A stretch of DNA of 64,000 nucleotides from Hypanus sabinus (taxonomy: Eukaryota). Under the pieces are notes generated by a model. The model was not told where the DNA came from and searched no databases. It saw nothing but the letters and a program-made list of their open reading frames with translations. The DNA is taken from positions 136,958,001 through 137,022,000 of the forward strand of contig NC_082712.1 of NCBI RefSeq assembly GCF_030144855.1, read 5' to 3'. The position numbers and the translations under genes were made by a program. This document shows positions 50,800 to 64,000 of this stretch, one piece after another (within the stretch, counting starts at the first letter, position 1; every line of letters begins with the position of its first letter).

Positions 50800-53390
50800 G
50801 TCTTCTGGTAAGATGGCGATAGTTTAATTACTTAAAACTATTGCTCCATTTCATTTCTTACCTCTGCATTCATCTCCTTTTTTTCACTCCAGACTGTTAA
50901 ATGTTTTGCTGTCCTACCTGTCTGCAAATACACCTGTCCTACAATGGCTTCAAAGCTTCCTAAATCTTGGAAAGAAGTCTCTGTGACTGTCTCTGGTTCC
51001 TCTGTCAAGATTATCTTCATTTTGGAACAGCACTGACAAGAGATTATAACTGAACTCAAGTCTGAATATAAGTCTTCTTTCAGTTCGTTGGAGTCAAAAT
51101 TGGATCAAATTAATTCCAAGGTGGAGGATCATGCCGAACAACTCTTTCATCTTGAGTCAGCTACTGAAGATTTAATATGTCGTGTTCAGCAGCTGGATGC
51201 CATCTGTTCCGATGTGAGTAAGCATAGCACCAAGTTAACATTCAAAATAACTTATCTCAAAGGACGGTGCAGACGTCTTAATTTATGAATCTTCGGTCTG
51301 CCAAGGGCTATCGAAATTGGATCTGTTGTTGAATTTTTTTCTTCTTTACTCTGTGAGGTTTTTGGGAAGAATATTCTTCCGACCCCACCTGAGTTAGACA
51401 GAGATCGCCATACATTTCTGGCCAAGCTCGAGTTGGGCTCCAGGCCACACCCAATAATTCTGTGTTTTCATCGATATCAGGAGAAAAAGCTTTTGATCAT
51501 GGAAGCACGTTGTTTCGTAGCTGTGCTGAACTGATGCGGATTTGGAGGGGAGATGTTGAGTATAAATTTTCTCTTTATGCTGATGATCTTTTCTTTTTAT
51601 ATCAAATCAGACTACTTCCTTACTCCCAAAAGTTTTTACTTCTTAATCAACTTAGTTATCTTTCCAGTTACAAACTTAATTTACACAAGAGCGAACTCTT
51701 CCCAATCAATAGAGAAGCACAAGCATTAGTATTTCATGACCTCCCTTTTAAAGTAATTAATAATCAATTCACTAACCTTGGTATTACAGTAACAATTAAC
51801 TTAAAGAATCTTTTTTTTGAGAAAATTTTGGTAATCTTTAAAATTCTACAAAACAGAGTTTGACACAGAGGTCACCCTTGTCCGTGTCTCTGGAAGGTTG
51901 AAATAATGTTATTAAGATGTATATCCTTCCTAAGTTTTTATACTTATTTCAGTCTTTACCAATTTTTATTTCTAAAGCTTTTTTTTTTGATTCGTTAGAT
52001 TCTATTATTTCGTCCTTTCTACAGAAGGGCAAACATTCCAGATTTAATAACTCACCAAAAATCTAAAAAGGAAAGACGTATGGCCTTGCCTAACTTTCGT
52101 TTATATTATTAGGCAGCCAATATTTGTTGTCTTGCTTTTTGTTCCTTCTTTCATAATCAGTCTGACTGCCCAAAACGACTGGCAATGGAATTGAACTCTA
52201 GTCAGGATGTCTCCATTTCTGCACTTCTTGGATTCGCACTTCCTTGTCACTTGCTTAGACTAATTGTTAATCCTCTTATTAGACATACTCTGAGAATATG
52301 GGCTCAGTTCAGAAATATAATGGCCTTCATGGTTTCTCTCTCTCTAGTCCTATTTTACACAATCATCTTTTCCTACCTTCTATGGAAGACTCAACATTTC
52401 ATGATTGGTACAGAAAGGGCATTAGGCACTTAGAAGATATTTTCAAAGATAATCATTTTGCAACTTTTCAACAACTGTCTGTAAAGTTTAACCTACCTAA
52501 TACTCATTTCTTTAGATATCTTCAAATTGGACATTTCATTAAACTTTTAATATCAAACTTCCCTGAGATGCCTCCTGAGAAAAATGTTGTGGACATGTTT
52601 CTTTGTATTAATCCACTGGGTAAAGTTTTAATGTCTATTATTCATGATAAGTTAGTGATCTTGAGGCATGCCCCCTTCAATAAAATTATAACTGCCTGGG
52701 AGCATGACTTAAATATTTCTTTATCTGACGTGGTTTGGGATTCAATACTTAAGTCAGTTAATTTAAACTCTTTATGTGCTCACCACTGCCTTTTGCAATT
52801 TATGGTTGTACTTAGGGCTCAAATGTCTAAAACTAAATGATTGCGGTTTGATCCTGACATTAGTCCCAACTGTGACCAGTGTAAAGGGGGCGAGGCTTCT
52901 CCTATTCATATTGTCCTAGTCTAGAGAAGTTCTGGAGAGAAGGTTTTTTAAAACGTTATCCCATATTCTTAATTGCCACTTAGAACCTAACCCTCTGATT
53001 GCTCTTTTTGGCACCTTGGTTGAAGTGGACATGCATCTGAGTCCGACTAAATGTCGAACATTATCTTTTGCCTCTCTTTTGGCTGGACGGTTAGTTATTC
53101 TCAGGTGTGGAGATGTTGCCCCACCCACTTATGCTCAATGGCTTAGTGATATTATGTCCTGTTTAGACCTGGAAAAGATTCATTATTCACTTGTCATTTT
53201 GGACATAAAGTTTCATAAGGTGTGGGGACCTTTCCTTCCTCTTTAGATTAAGTTCATCCTTTTTTTTGTACTATAATCCCTGAATTTCAGCTTTTTTTTC
53301 CCTGTAAGTTTTATGGGTTTTTTATGTGAATTGCATAGTTTTGGTAGATGGTTTTTAATATATATATTTTTGTATATTTTTACTAATAAA
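50800..53390 (+). mobile_element. Internally deleted L1-clade LINE (5'UTR, ORF1, RT 3' half and C-terminus)
   Basis: 5' aagatggcg, a coiled-coil ORF1 remnant, YKFSLYADD (~51560), ORF 52298-52840, and a C-terminal C..C..H (CDQCKGGEASPIH). Confidence 0.75.
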
Positions 53391-53394
53391 TACT

Positions 53395-54296
53395 GTTGAA
53401 AATAGTATCAATGTGAATATATGTTAGCACTACTAAACCTAAAAGAGTGGGTATAATAATAATCACTAATGAAACAAGCTCGATCGTTGTCTAGGGAATA
53501 ATGAATTGTCAGATGGAAATATAAAGTTCAGTTCAATTCATGCAGGCTGCGGTAGTTGTTTGTTGATGTGTTGCAATTGTTGGAGAGAGAGAGAGAGAAA
53601 ACGTGTGAACAGTAACAGCTATTATCTTGCCAACCTTCCTTTACGATTTTGATCCGTCGATGTGTTGTTGTTGTGGCCATTCACGTATGACCCCTCCGTC
53701 CTTTAGCTAGACCGTTCTTCCGTGGTGGACTTGTCACCTAGGCAAGGGTGGACACACACACAAGCCCCCACCGGTCTCGCTACAAAACACTGTGAGTTAA
53801 AATTTACAGACCCTGAGTTCGGTCTCCGATCTCCCACCCTGTCTCGTGGGGGCTCTGCTGCTCACTAGCATTTCTCCTGATGTGTGAGGGGTGTTACCCC
53901 CAGACCTCCCTTTTATCCCCACTCACGGGGTTTCAGGTGTCAATCAGGTTGGGATGATGTAACCCATCAAACCAGCCCACTCTGGTTGCCCCCTGAGGGG
54001 TTTCAATGAATAGAACAGTACCAAGTAAACAATCCTTCTCCAAAAGACAATAGCAGTAAATCAATGGCTTTTGTCAGTAGGAGACATTCCACCTTGTGTA
54101 TCTCTGAGCTGTGTCTCTCTCTCTCATTAACTTTCATGAGCTGTTATCAATAACAACTGCCCTGGCAGCTTTCCTTTGGCTCTCTTACTTCCTTGGTAGC
54201 AGCATCGAAATAGTAGAGATTTGCGATTCTCCAAAAGGGGGGGCAGGGGCCACTCTGCACCCTTCTGCCCATCAGAGTTGTTCATCCTTTGGAACA
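53395..54296 (-). mobile_element. LTR remnant related to 9580-10395
   Basis: Shared blocks ctaaaag.g.gggtataataataat, actcacgggg.ttcag.tgtcaatcaggttgggatgatg and cagagttgtt. Confidence 0.7.
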
Positions 54297-54312
54297 ATAA
54301 ATATATATAATA

Positions 54313-57300
54313 TGTGACAAGATCTGAAGGATTATTCTAAACTGGACTGTTCCTTTAACAAGAGAAAGAGAGAGAGGGAACGAACAGCTTGTCTGCTATT
54401 TCAGAAACAGAGAGAGAGAAAGTGTGTGTTGCCTTGGAAACTGAAAGGCGGAGCTATATGATGGACAGCTCGTGTTCAGCACTTGTGAGATATATACAAG
54501 GTCAGTTGGTTTTTTAATCAGCCACTTGACATGCCAGAGACAAGGAAGACACTGGTGCACTTTGTGTCCCCACGACAAGGGTGGGGGTTTTGCCCACAGT
54601 GTGGACAAAGGAGTGACTGGTGAGGAGCTATCGGTGTGGTTAACCCTTTCCTGGGTTGATAGCATTATTGTTGAAAACAGGCATTCCTCTTTTTGTGGTC
54701 ACAAGCTGTTGACTTCAATAAGTTTCGGGAGCAGGAGGATGACGTGGAGGATCGACATCAGCATCGGCATCGGCACTAGGAAGACAAAACAACACCCTCT
54801 CTCTCTCCAACTCTACTCAAATAAAATTCCAGAACTGAACTGATACTTACTATACCACTGTAAGACTCTGTCACCTAATCCCCTGATCTGGGCAGCTTAG
54901 GAACTTTGTTTACTCACTTATAAATATGTATATACTTTGCTAACCTGTTTACCTTGTTTTATATTACTTTATCACGTAGTTACTAATAAAATAGAGTTTA
55001 TAATGGGAGACTCAGACTCCAGATGCGTCCATTTCTGCTTGTTCTTTTTAACCCGTTACGGGGTACGTAACGAAATTGGGGCCTGCATCCGAGGTATGGA
55101 CAAATCAGTGGTAGCCATTCCAAAACTTGTTGGGGGCTTGATTGAATAGTTGATTTCATTGGGGACATTCCATATCGATTTGTGTGAATGTATTATCAGC
55201 AGAAATGGGGTTTGAGGATAGTAAGTTTGTGGCAGAACCAACGTTGGATGATGCTAAGAGGAATGTACTGTTGGGAATTGTTCGTAAGTTAAAAGTTGAC
55301 GTGACTACTCGAATGAAGAAGGCTCAGATTTAGTTGTTAATAGCACAGCATTATGTAGCCGAGGGAAAATTCAAATAGGAGGTGTAGGAGATGTTTGCTG
55401 AAGGTAGTGTTTACTGAGGCTGAGGTACAGTTTCAGGTAGCAAAGCTGAAGTATGAGTATCAATTGTAATTAAAGCAGCTAGAGGCTGAAGAAACAGAAA
55501 GGCAGAGGCAGCATGAGGCTAGAGAAGCAGAAAAATGAAGACAGTTGGATAGGGAGATGTGGCAACTGGGAGGTCCATTGCTGGATGCTGATGACTTTTA
55601 CAGCTTGAAAGAGCTGGTTGTGATTGAAGAATTTAAGAAGTGTGTTCCCGATGATGTAAGGGCATACCGAGCTGAAAAGGATGCTGCTACCTTTCAGGAG
55701 TCTGCTAGGTTAGCAGATGAGGTTGTTTTAACCCACAAGGTTGAGTATACTCTGGATGAGAGTTTCTCAGAGAGTAGCTTGGAGGATCAGGGTAACCAGG
55801 AATTTGAAACTGGGACTGGTATTGAAAGCCTAGAAGAGGCAGTGGTCCCAATTGACTGTGTTCAGGTTGTTGAAGCACCTGTGAATTTCCAGGGTGTTGA
55901 ACCTTGTGTTGAAACTCAGTTGAGGTCTGAGGTGTCTGACTTGGTTGAAAGGAAATGCAGTCCTTTTGTGTCAGATGGACTTGGTTCAGTGAATAAAGGG
56001 TTAACCTTGGTACCAGTGGAAATTGAGTATTCAATCAATTGTGTTAGGCAGTGCTCTAAACGTTAGTGATAAGTTGAAAGCTGGTGTAGTAAATGTTATT
56101 GAAAATATTGAGAAGGATGCTGTTTCTGGATTTTTGAATGAAGAACTTGTGAAGTTTGGACTGGTTTCATGACCCTTGACCCTGCTTTCAGGACAATGGC
56201 CTGTTGAAGTATGTGTTACTCTGTTGGGTTTTGGAGTTGTTTTTCATGATGGTGATGTGGAGAAAAAGGATTGTTTTGGTTTTGAGATGCCACCTGTTTG
56301 GGTTACTATGGAGATGAATCAAGCTAAAGGTCATAGGAATAGGATAGATGGATTGTTTGGAAATGTTCATAATGTAAACATGGATTTTGTAAGCTTAATG
56401 ATGGTGCTGAGTTTGGTAAACATTAGGGATAGGTTGGCACCTATCCAGGGTGAAATTTATTCAGCAGTACAGCTAACAAGCAAGCTTGTGACTGACGAGC
56501 CATACACAGATACTGATGTGTACCTCACGTGCGCAGTAGCCCAAAGCATGCTTAAAAAGGCTGCTGACGCTGATAGCAAAGACGGGGGTTTAACTTAGGA
56601 GAATTTGTCAGAGACTTTGCTACCTTCCATGTTACATCAGGATTTGGGTAGTAAGGAGGATGAGAAAGGTTCATCCTTGTCCAGGGATGAATTTATAGTG
56701 GAAGAAAGTCCAGGTTCTGAAATTGCTGCATTAAAGGAGACAACTCTCACAGAAGAGGAGGTTCAGAGACAGTAGGATATTATCTTAAGGATGGGGTGTT
56801 AATGAGGAAGTGAAGATCACATACTGTGCCTGCAAGTGAGGATTGAGCCATTCAACATTAAGTTGTGGTCCCGAAAGTTTACAGGGCTGAGATTTTAAAC
56901 ATGGCTCATAGTATGCCTTTAGGTGGACACGTTGGGAGTGAGAAAGACAGTAAACAGGATTATGAAGGAATTCTATTGGCCTAATTTAAGAAACTATGTT
57001 GTGAACCTTTGCAAGACTTGTCATACCAGTCAGGTTGCGGGAAAACCTAATCAGGTGATCCCAGCAGCACCACTTAGACCAATACCTGCTTTTGGTGAAC
57101 CTTTTTCTAGGGTCATAGTGGATTGTGTTGGTCCATTGCCAGAGACTGCAGCTGGCTATGGGTATTTGTTAACCATCATGTGGACTGCGTCTAGATTCCC
57201 TTAAGCAGTGCCTCTCAGAAACATCAGGGCCAAGACTGTGGTAAAAGCCCTTATAATTTTTTTCAAACTGGTAGGTCTACCTAAAGAAATTCAATCTGAC

Positions 57301-60178
57301 CAGGGTAGTAAATTTACCTTGGAAACATTCAAGGGGATAGTTAAAGAGCTGAGAGCTAAGCACATTGTGTCATCTGCATGTCACCCAGAGTCCCTGGGGA
57401 ACTTGTTTTTGGTCACAAAGCTACGGGACCTTTGACCCTACTCAGAGAGCAATGGTCAGATCAGAATGTAAGTATGAGCATGCTTAGTTATGTTTTGGAA
57501 TTCAAAGACAGACTTAACAAGACCTGTGACCTTGCAAAGCAGAATTTACAGTACTTTCAGATAAATGTGAAACAATGGTATGACAGGAGAGCGAGGGAAC
57601 GGAGATATCGTGTTGAAGAAAGGGTCTTGGTGCTGTTCCTCCTCCTTACCAACCCCCTTCAACTGAGATTTAGTGGGCCATTTGAAATAATTAAGAAAAT
57701 TGATTCTTTGAATTATGTTATTAGAACTCCTGACTGACAGAAGGCTGCACAGCTCATCCATTTAAATATGATCAAGCATTATCATGACCCTGAACCAGCA
57801 TCTGTAAGTACTGTTATGACAATGGAGGAGATTGTGGTTTCTGGTACTTGGATACCAGATCATTTTAAACAGCTCCATGTAGTTTCCACAGGACTTGGTA
57901 ATTCTGATGTTTTGAAAAATATTGGCAGAAAGATTCATCATTTGCAGTCAAGGCAGCAAAAACTGAAGAGCTTAATTAACAAGTATAAAAGTTTATTCCT
58001 TGACATTCCAAGACTGTGCATGGCTTCAGTGCATGATGTAATTGTAGATAAAGTTGTTCCCATTAAGCAGCACCCTTACAGAATGAATGAAGACAAAAAT
58101 AAAATGGCGGAACAAGAAACTGAATCCATGCTAACAGCTGGCAGAATTAGGCTATCCACTTCAAGCTGGGCATCACCTTGTGTGATTGTCTCTAAGTCAG
58201 ATGGGAGTATGAGATTCTGTACTGATTACAGGAAACTAAGACAAATGCTTATCCCATCCCAAGAGTGGATGACTGTACTGACAGAGAGGGGAAGGCTAAA
58301 TACCTTACAAAGATTGACCTGTTGAAAGGTTACTGGTGTGTTCCTTTGACAGAAAGGGTTAAAGAAATATCTGCATTTGTGACATCATCTGGATTGTATG
58401 AGTACAATGTTTTACCCTTTGGGATGAAAAGTGCTCCAGGAACGTTCCAAAGGATGATGAATTCAGTGATTCAAGGTTTAGAAAATACAGGGGATTATAT
58501 TGATGATTTGGTTGTATGGAATGACACCTGGGAGGAGCATATCTCAGCAGTATAGAAACTGTTTGAAAGGCTATCCAAGGCAAATCTCACTGTAATCCTC
58601 GCTAAAAGTGTATTTGGCCACGCCATTGTCATGTATCTGGGCTATGTAGTAGGCCAGGGCCAACTGGCATCTGTGCAGGCCAAGGTTTAGGCAATTGCTG
58701 AGGTTCTCGTTCTGACAGGCAAGAAAGCATTACGAAGGTTTTTGGGAATGGTTGGGTATTACCTTAAGTTTTGTAAGAACTTCACAGACATCGCTCTCCC
58801 CCTAACGAAACTCCTACGGAAGAGTGAAAGATTTGTGTGGACTGAGCTTTGCCAAGAGGCATTTGACCGCCTGAAAACCATTCGGTGTTGTCACCCTGTG
58901 CTCAAAGCACCTGATTTCAATAAACCATTTTCCATCACGGTAGATGCCGGTGATTAAGCTGCTGGGGCAGTATTGTTGCAAAAGGATGATGATGAAATTG
59001 AACATACAGTAGCTTATTTTTCAAAGAAATTTAATATGCATCAGAATTACTCCACTGTTGAAAACGAGTTGCTAGCACTCATTTTAGCATTGCAACATTT
59101 CGATGTTTACATATGTCTTGCGCAGGAACCACTTGTAGTTTACACGGACTATAATGCATTAGTGTTTCTGAGTGAAATGAAGGATAAGAATAGAATGTTA
59201 CTTAACTGGAGTCTGACCTTGCAAGAGCATGCCATGGAAATAAAACACGTGAAAAGTACTGACAATATTATAGCAGACTGTTTGTCCAGATGTTAAGTTT
59301 GAGTTTGTATAACTTTGCTATGTTACCTGATAATTACACATGTATTGCTTTAAGCTGTATAGTCAATAATTAAGACAAAAATTTTGCTGTTTCATCAAAA
59401 TTTTTCTTAAACGGGGTGAGGTGTGATGAGATCTGAAGGATTATTCTAAAATGGAGTGTTCCTTTAACAAGAGTGAGAGGGAGAGAACAGCTTGTGTGCT
59501 ATTTCAGAAACAGAGAGAGAAAGTCTGTGTGTCGTCTTCGAAATTGAAAGGTGGAGCTATATGATGGACAGCTCGTGTTCAGCACTTGTGAGATATATAC
59601 AAGGTCAGTTGGTTTTTTAATCAGATACATGACATGCCAGAGACAAGGAAGACACTGGTGAGCTTTGTGTGCCCATGACAAGGGTGGGGTTTTTGCTCAC
59701 AGTGCGGACAAAGGAGTGATCACTGGGCGCTATTGTTGTGTTTAACCCTGGCCTGGGTTGATAGCGTTACCGTAGAAAACCAGCATTCCTCTTCTTGTGG
59801 TCACAAGTCAGTGACTTTGATAAGTTTCGGGAGCAAGAGGACAACTTGGAGAATCGGCATCAGCACTGGGAAGACAAAACAACACCCTCTCTCTCTCCCT
59901 CTCTCCAAATCTACTCAAATCAAATTCCAGAACTGAACTGATTACTTACTATACCACCATAAGACTGTATCACCTAATCACCTGAGCTGGGAAGCTTGGG
60001 AACTTTATTTACTCACCTATATATATACACATATACTTTGCTGACCTGTTTACCTTATCTTGTTTTATATTACCTTATCACATAGTTACTAATAAAATAC
60101 AGTTTATAATGGAAGACTCAGACTCCAGTTGTGTCCACTTCTGATGGTTCTTTTTAACCCGTTACAGGGTATGTAACA
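54313..60178 (+). mobile_element. Full-length but decayed Gmr1-type Ty3/Gypsy retrotransposon (gag - integrase - RT - RNase H)
   Basis: LTRs 54313-55072 and 59422-60178 (TGTGA..AGATCTGAAGG...GTAAC(G/A)). tRNA-Pro-like PBS ttggggcctgcatcc at ~55075. SCAN-like gag EEFKKCVP. Integrase GHVGVRKT...DCVGPLP...SDQG at 56.9-57.4 kb lies upstream of RT (SWASP, DLLKGYW, FGMKSAP, YIDD) at 58.0-58.7 kb and RNase H at 58.9-59.3 kb. PPT at 59411-59421. TSD aata/tata. Confidence 0.88.
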
Positions 60179-60183
60179 TATAC

Positions 60184-63100
60184 TGTGTTGTCTTTACAAC
60201 AGTTATTTAGTTTATAATATTTCGCTTAGTAATTCATTTGTTAGTATTTTCTAGTTAGAATTAGAAGTGTTTAAAGTATATTCATTGCCTGTAAAAATAT
60301 CAGCATGCGATGATGTCACATCCGGTTTCGCCGCGTCTTGTGGGAAAATACCGGTTTGAGATCAACGCGAGGGTGGGGAGCTCACCACAAGGCACACCTA
60401 AGCAGAGGTTGTTTTGCAAGCATTAGAAATCACAGTGAGAGCAATGCTGTAAGTTAATAGATAATCGATATATCGAACTAAGATGTTAACGCCGATCCTG
60501 TTAAAAGTAACGACGGTTGATAATGTTTATGTTTTCGTTAGTTAAAGAGTTGCGGATAGTTTGCATTGAAGTGTATTTAAAGTAGTCAATGGCGTAGGTA
60601 AACTCTGCCTGTATACTGCACCTTAATGTAATGTAGTTATAGCCACTTTTACAAGTATTTACAATGGAAATGTGATATTAAGAAAGGAACAAATACTGTA
60701 TCAATTTTGTATTGTTTTATCAACAGTTTTCACCATATGTTAATGTGAAGAGTGAACAGTAAATGGTTAATCTTACTGCGATCTGGTTTTCATTCACTGT
60801 GGTTTATCTCAACGTTGAATTCGGCGTTATCAGTTACACCCGAACGAGAACGTTACAGTGAAAAAGCGGCATTATCAGGTGTTTCAAGTGCTGCAATGTC
60901 ATCTCAATCCAGCATCAAGTCGATGCCGCCCAGCGACAAGGGCAGTAGAGCGACATCAAGTAAGTCCACCCAGGCAAGAGCCAAGGCAGAAGCCGCCAGG
61001 GTGCGACTGCGCTACGCCAGACAAGAAGCAGATTTGAAAGTGGAACAGGCCACCAGAGAAGCCGAAATCCAGAAGGAAAGGGCTGCCAGAGAAAAGGAAA
61101 GGGCTGCCAGAGAAAAGGTAAAGGCTGCCAGAGAAATGGAAGAGGCTGCCAGAGAAATGGAAGAGGCTGCCAGAGAAATGGAAGCGGCCGCCAGAGAAGC
61201 CGAAATCCAGAAGGAAAGGGCTGTCAGAGAAAAGGAAGAGGCTGCCAGAGAAATGGAAGTGGCTGCCAGAGAAGCCGAAATCCAGTTGGAAATGGCAAAG
61301 ATATCGACAAAGTTGCAAGTGCTGCAGCTAGAAAGAGAAGAAGAAGCTGCCAAGGCAGAAGCAGAGTACATAGAAGAAGCTGAAGGGACGCATGATCTGA
61401 CCGAAGTAAGAATGGGCCAGATTGGAACGCACAAGCGACTATGTCTGATCTCAAATAGACAGGCAGGCTCGTCCTTCCTCTCCATACGTATTCGTTAACT
61501 TCCCAAGCTACGAGGAACCTCAGAGAGGCTCGATTGCATCGCATCCATACGAGGAAGACAACTTACCCTCGCGACTCCGTGATGAAGTCAAGAATGAAAG
61601 AGCTGACAACCAATACTTCTCGACACCAAACTTACAAGATTTGGTGCGAAGAGATGCAGAGGTCGAATCCAGGACGGCAAATTCCATAAGAAATGTACGC
61701 CCTCAGTCACATAGGCGCCAACGTATTTCTCCAGCCCGCATGCCGCTTACAGTTGATCCCACGATGCAGTATTTAGCACGACGAGATCTCGTCACTTCGG
61801 GGCTGTACCAGTTTGACGATAAACCTGAAAATTACCGTGCATGGTACTCCACATTCACCAACGCTATCGACGGAGTCCAGCTCAGAGCAACCCAAGAGTT
61901 GGACCTTATGGCGAAATGGCTGGGAAAAGAATCACGCGACCAGGTGAGATGCATACGTTCAGTGTACATCAACAAACCCGAGCTAGCCTTAAGCAAAGCG
62001 TGGGAGAGACTTCGAGAGGGCTATGGGGCCCCCGAAATTATTGAAGCGGCGCTATATCGACGTCTGGAAAACTTTCCTAAGGTGTCAGCCAAAGATCACG
62101 TTAAGTTAAGAGAATTCGGAGATTTACTCATGGAGATCCAAGGCGCCAAAGAAGATGGCTACTCAGCTGGTCTGGTATACCTAGATACTCCATCCAGGAT
62201 TAGACAAGTCGTGGACAAACTTCCATTTGGGCTGCAGGACAGGTGGCTGTCCGTTGCTTTAGAATACAAGGTAAACCACGATGATCGATTTCCTCCCTTT
62301 GAACTCCTCACTAGGTTTGTGTGCTGGGAGGCAAGGAAGCGAAACAACCCTAGCCTCGTGGGTCCAGGAAGCAGTACGATTTACACCAAGCCAGGTAGAT
62401 CCTCTTCGAATGTTTTCAACATTGATAAACCCACCTCAGTGCTCAAGACTGAAGCCCTTACAACTAACAATGACCCTAGCAAGGATTGTCCACCGCAAAC
62501 CGACAACGCTCCTTCACCCCCACAACAGGACGGCAGGGAGGGAGAGGCTCACTCCAGGACAACAGTTGTCAGCTCGAACTGTACAGAAGTTTGCGGTCAA
62601 GTTCAGTCAAGCCATTCTTGTTCCAAGATCTGCCTCACTAAGGTGTACCCTAAAGGAGCCAAAGACAAGGCCATCAAAGCCTATGTGATTCTGAACGATC
62701 AGAGCAATCGCTCACTAGTCAGTCCAGAGTTCTTTAAATTGTTCAACATTGAGAGCGAGCAGTTCCCATACTACCTTAGAACTTGCTCAGGCAACATGGA
62801 AACCCAAGGAAGGAAGGCAGAAGGCGTCCAGATCGAGTCCCTGGATGGCAAAGTGGTCATCTGTCTCCCTCCGCTCTTAGAGTGCAATGGAATCATGAAT
62901 AACCGCACTGAGATCCCGACACCAAGTGCGGTGCTACACCAGCCACATCTCCGCCACATCGCAAAACACATCCCAGAACTGGACCCAAAAGCAGAAATAC
63001 TCCTGCTATTAGGGAGAGACGTTCTCCGGGTGCACAAGGTTAGGCAGCAGGTCAATGGACCACACGACGCCCCCTTTGCGTGACGTCTGGATCTAGGCTG

Positions 63101-64000
63101 GGTGGTGATAGGAGGGGTGTGCCCCGACAATGTACACAAACCGACGGTTAACACACTCAAGACCAATGTGCAAGAGAGTGGCCGCCATTCAATTTTTCAA
63201 CCCTGCACAAGTGTCCCATGCGTTAAGGAAGCACAACAAGACGTTAACAAGCGTAAAGTAACTGACGAGACGCTAGGTCAGTCCGTTTTCGTTCAAACCG
63301 AGCATGGTAATAAACTTGCTCAATCAGCTCAAGATGCCATTTCCTTAAAAACAAAGGACACCAAGGTCTTCAGAGATGAAGCAAATAATGGGGTTGCCCC
63401 ATTGCTTTTCAGAGAACCACGCCAGCGCTCACCAAATAACAAACAGCAGGCAGTCAAGTGGTTCACGTCCTTACGAAAAACCCGGAAAAGGAAACCTGAG
63501 ATGCAGCAATGCACCCGATTGACCCACGAGGTACTGTGCACCCTAATGGCAGAGGTCACAGCCATTATAAACGCACGACCTACCTGTGTCTTCTGACCCA
63601 GAAAACCCCTTCATACTTTCGCCATCAATGCTCCTTACGCAGAAGGCAGGAGCTCCCCCTCCACCAGGAGACTTCTCAGACAAGGATTTGTACACAAAGC
63701 AATGGAGACAAGTCCAGGCTCTGGCAAATCAGTTCTGGTCTCGCTGGAGACAGGAATATCTACCTTTGTTGCAACAGAGACAAAAGTGGACAGAACCCCA
63801 CAGGAATCTTCAAGTTGGAGACTTAGTCCTGCTCAGGGACAAGCAAATTGCCTGCAACAGCGGGCCAATGGCCAAGATCACTGCTACATTCCCTAGTGGG
63901 GATGGACATGTCAGGAAGATCGAATTGAAGACTACTGACCAAGGCGATGTGAAAATTTACCAAAGGCCAGTTACAGAAGTTATTCTACTTCTACCTAATG
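60184..64000 (+). mobile_element. BEL/Pao LTR retrotransposon, internally deleted, continues beyond the window
   Basis: 5' LTR ends cgttaca at 60857 (start uncertain, 60184 or 60290). Gag from ATG 60896, DUF1759-like FDDKPENYRAW and protease AYVILNDQSNRSL in ORF 61641-63083. It then jumps to EVTAIINARP and QALANQFWSRWRQEYL...LQVGDLVL (integrase C-terminus). No RT seen. Confidence 0.85.
61040..61290 (+). repeat. Coding 21-bp tandem repeat in BEL gag (AARE-KER/MEE)
   Basis: gctgccagagaa(atggaaga/aaggaaagg) repeated about 10 times in frame. Confidence 0.85.

Noticed and set aside
60956-61544. Repetitive minus-strand ORFs (FHFSGSL and ASSISL repeats)
   Set aside because: They are antisense frames of the AARE repeat in BEL gag.

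Overview
Eukaryotic, intron-rich and transposon-dense vertebrate DNA. The repeat content (CR1 LINEs, tRNA-derived SINEs, Penelope-like repeats) suggests a cartilaginous fish, probably a ray; this is an inference. Host content on the minus strand: (i) a B7-H6/NCR3LG1-like gene with intact IgV (39644-39985), IgC1 (36500-36820) and transmembrane (35555-35668) exons, all phase-1 compatible, with no leader exon found; (ii) downstream of it, an old tandem array of decayed C-type Ig exons and 45-51 bp micro-exons (25.1-34.1 kb); (iii) a CpG-island promoter plus signal-peptide exon of a second gene that probably continues out of the window to the left, tandemly duplicated (6741-8757 and 8758-12070) through a chimeric repeat junction. 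The most unusual item is a 1.52-kb TGT...ACA insert with a perfect 5-bp target-site duplication in the IgV-IgC1 intron. It consists of an inverted LTR end, a spliced poly(A)-less hnRNP A2/B1 mRNA fragment, and a Gypsy 3' region with polypurine tract and LTR. The rest is mobile DNA: solo LTRs with TSDs, a Gmr1-type Gypsy with integrase before RT, a deleted BEL/Pao, other Gypsy and L1 remnants, hAT, Harbinger and Helitron non-autonomous elements. Most ORF-track entries are spurious or TE-derived. All assignments were made by eye, without database searches.
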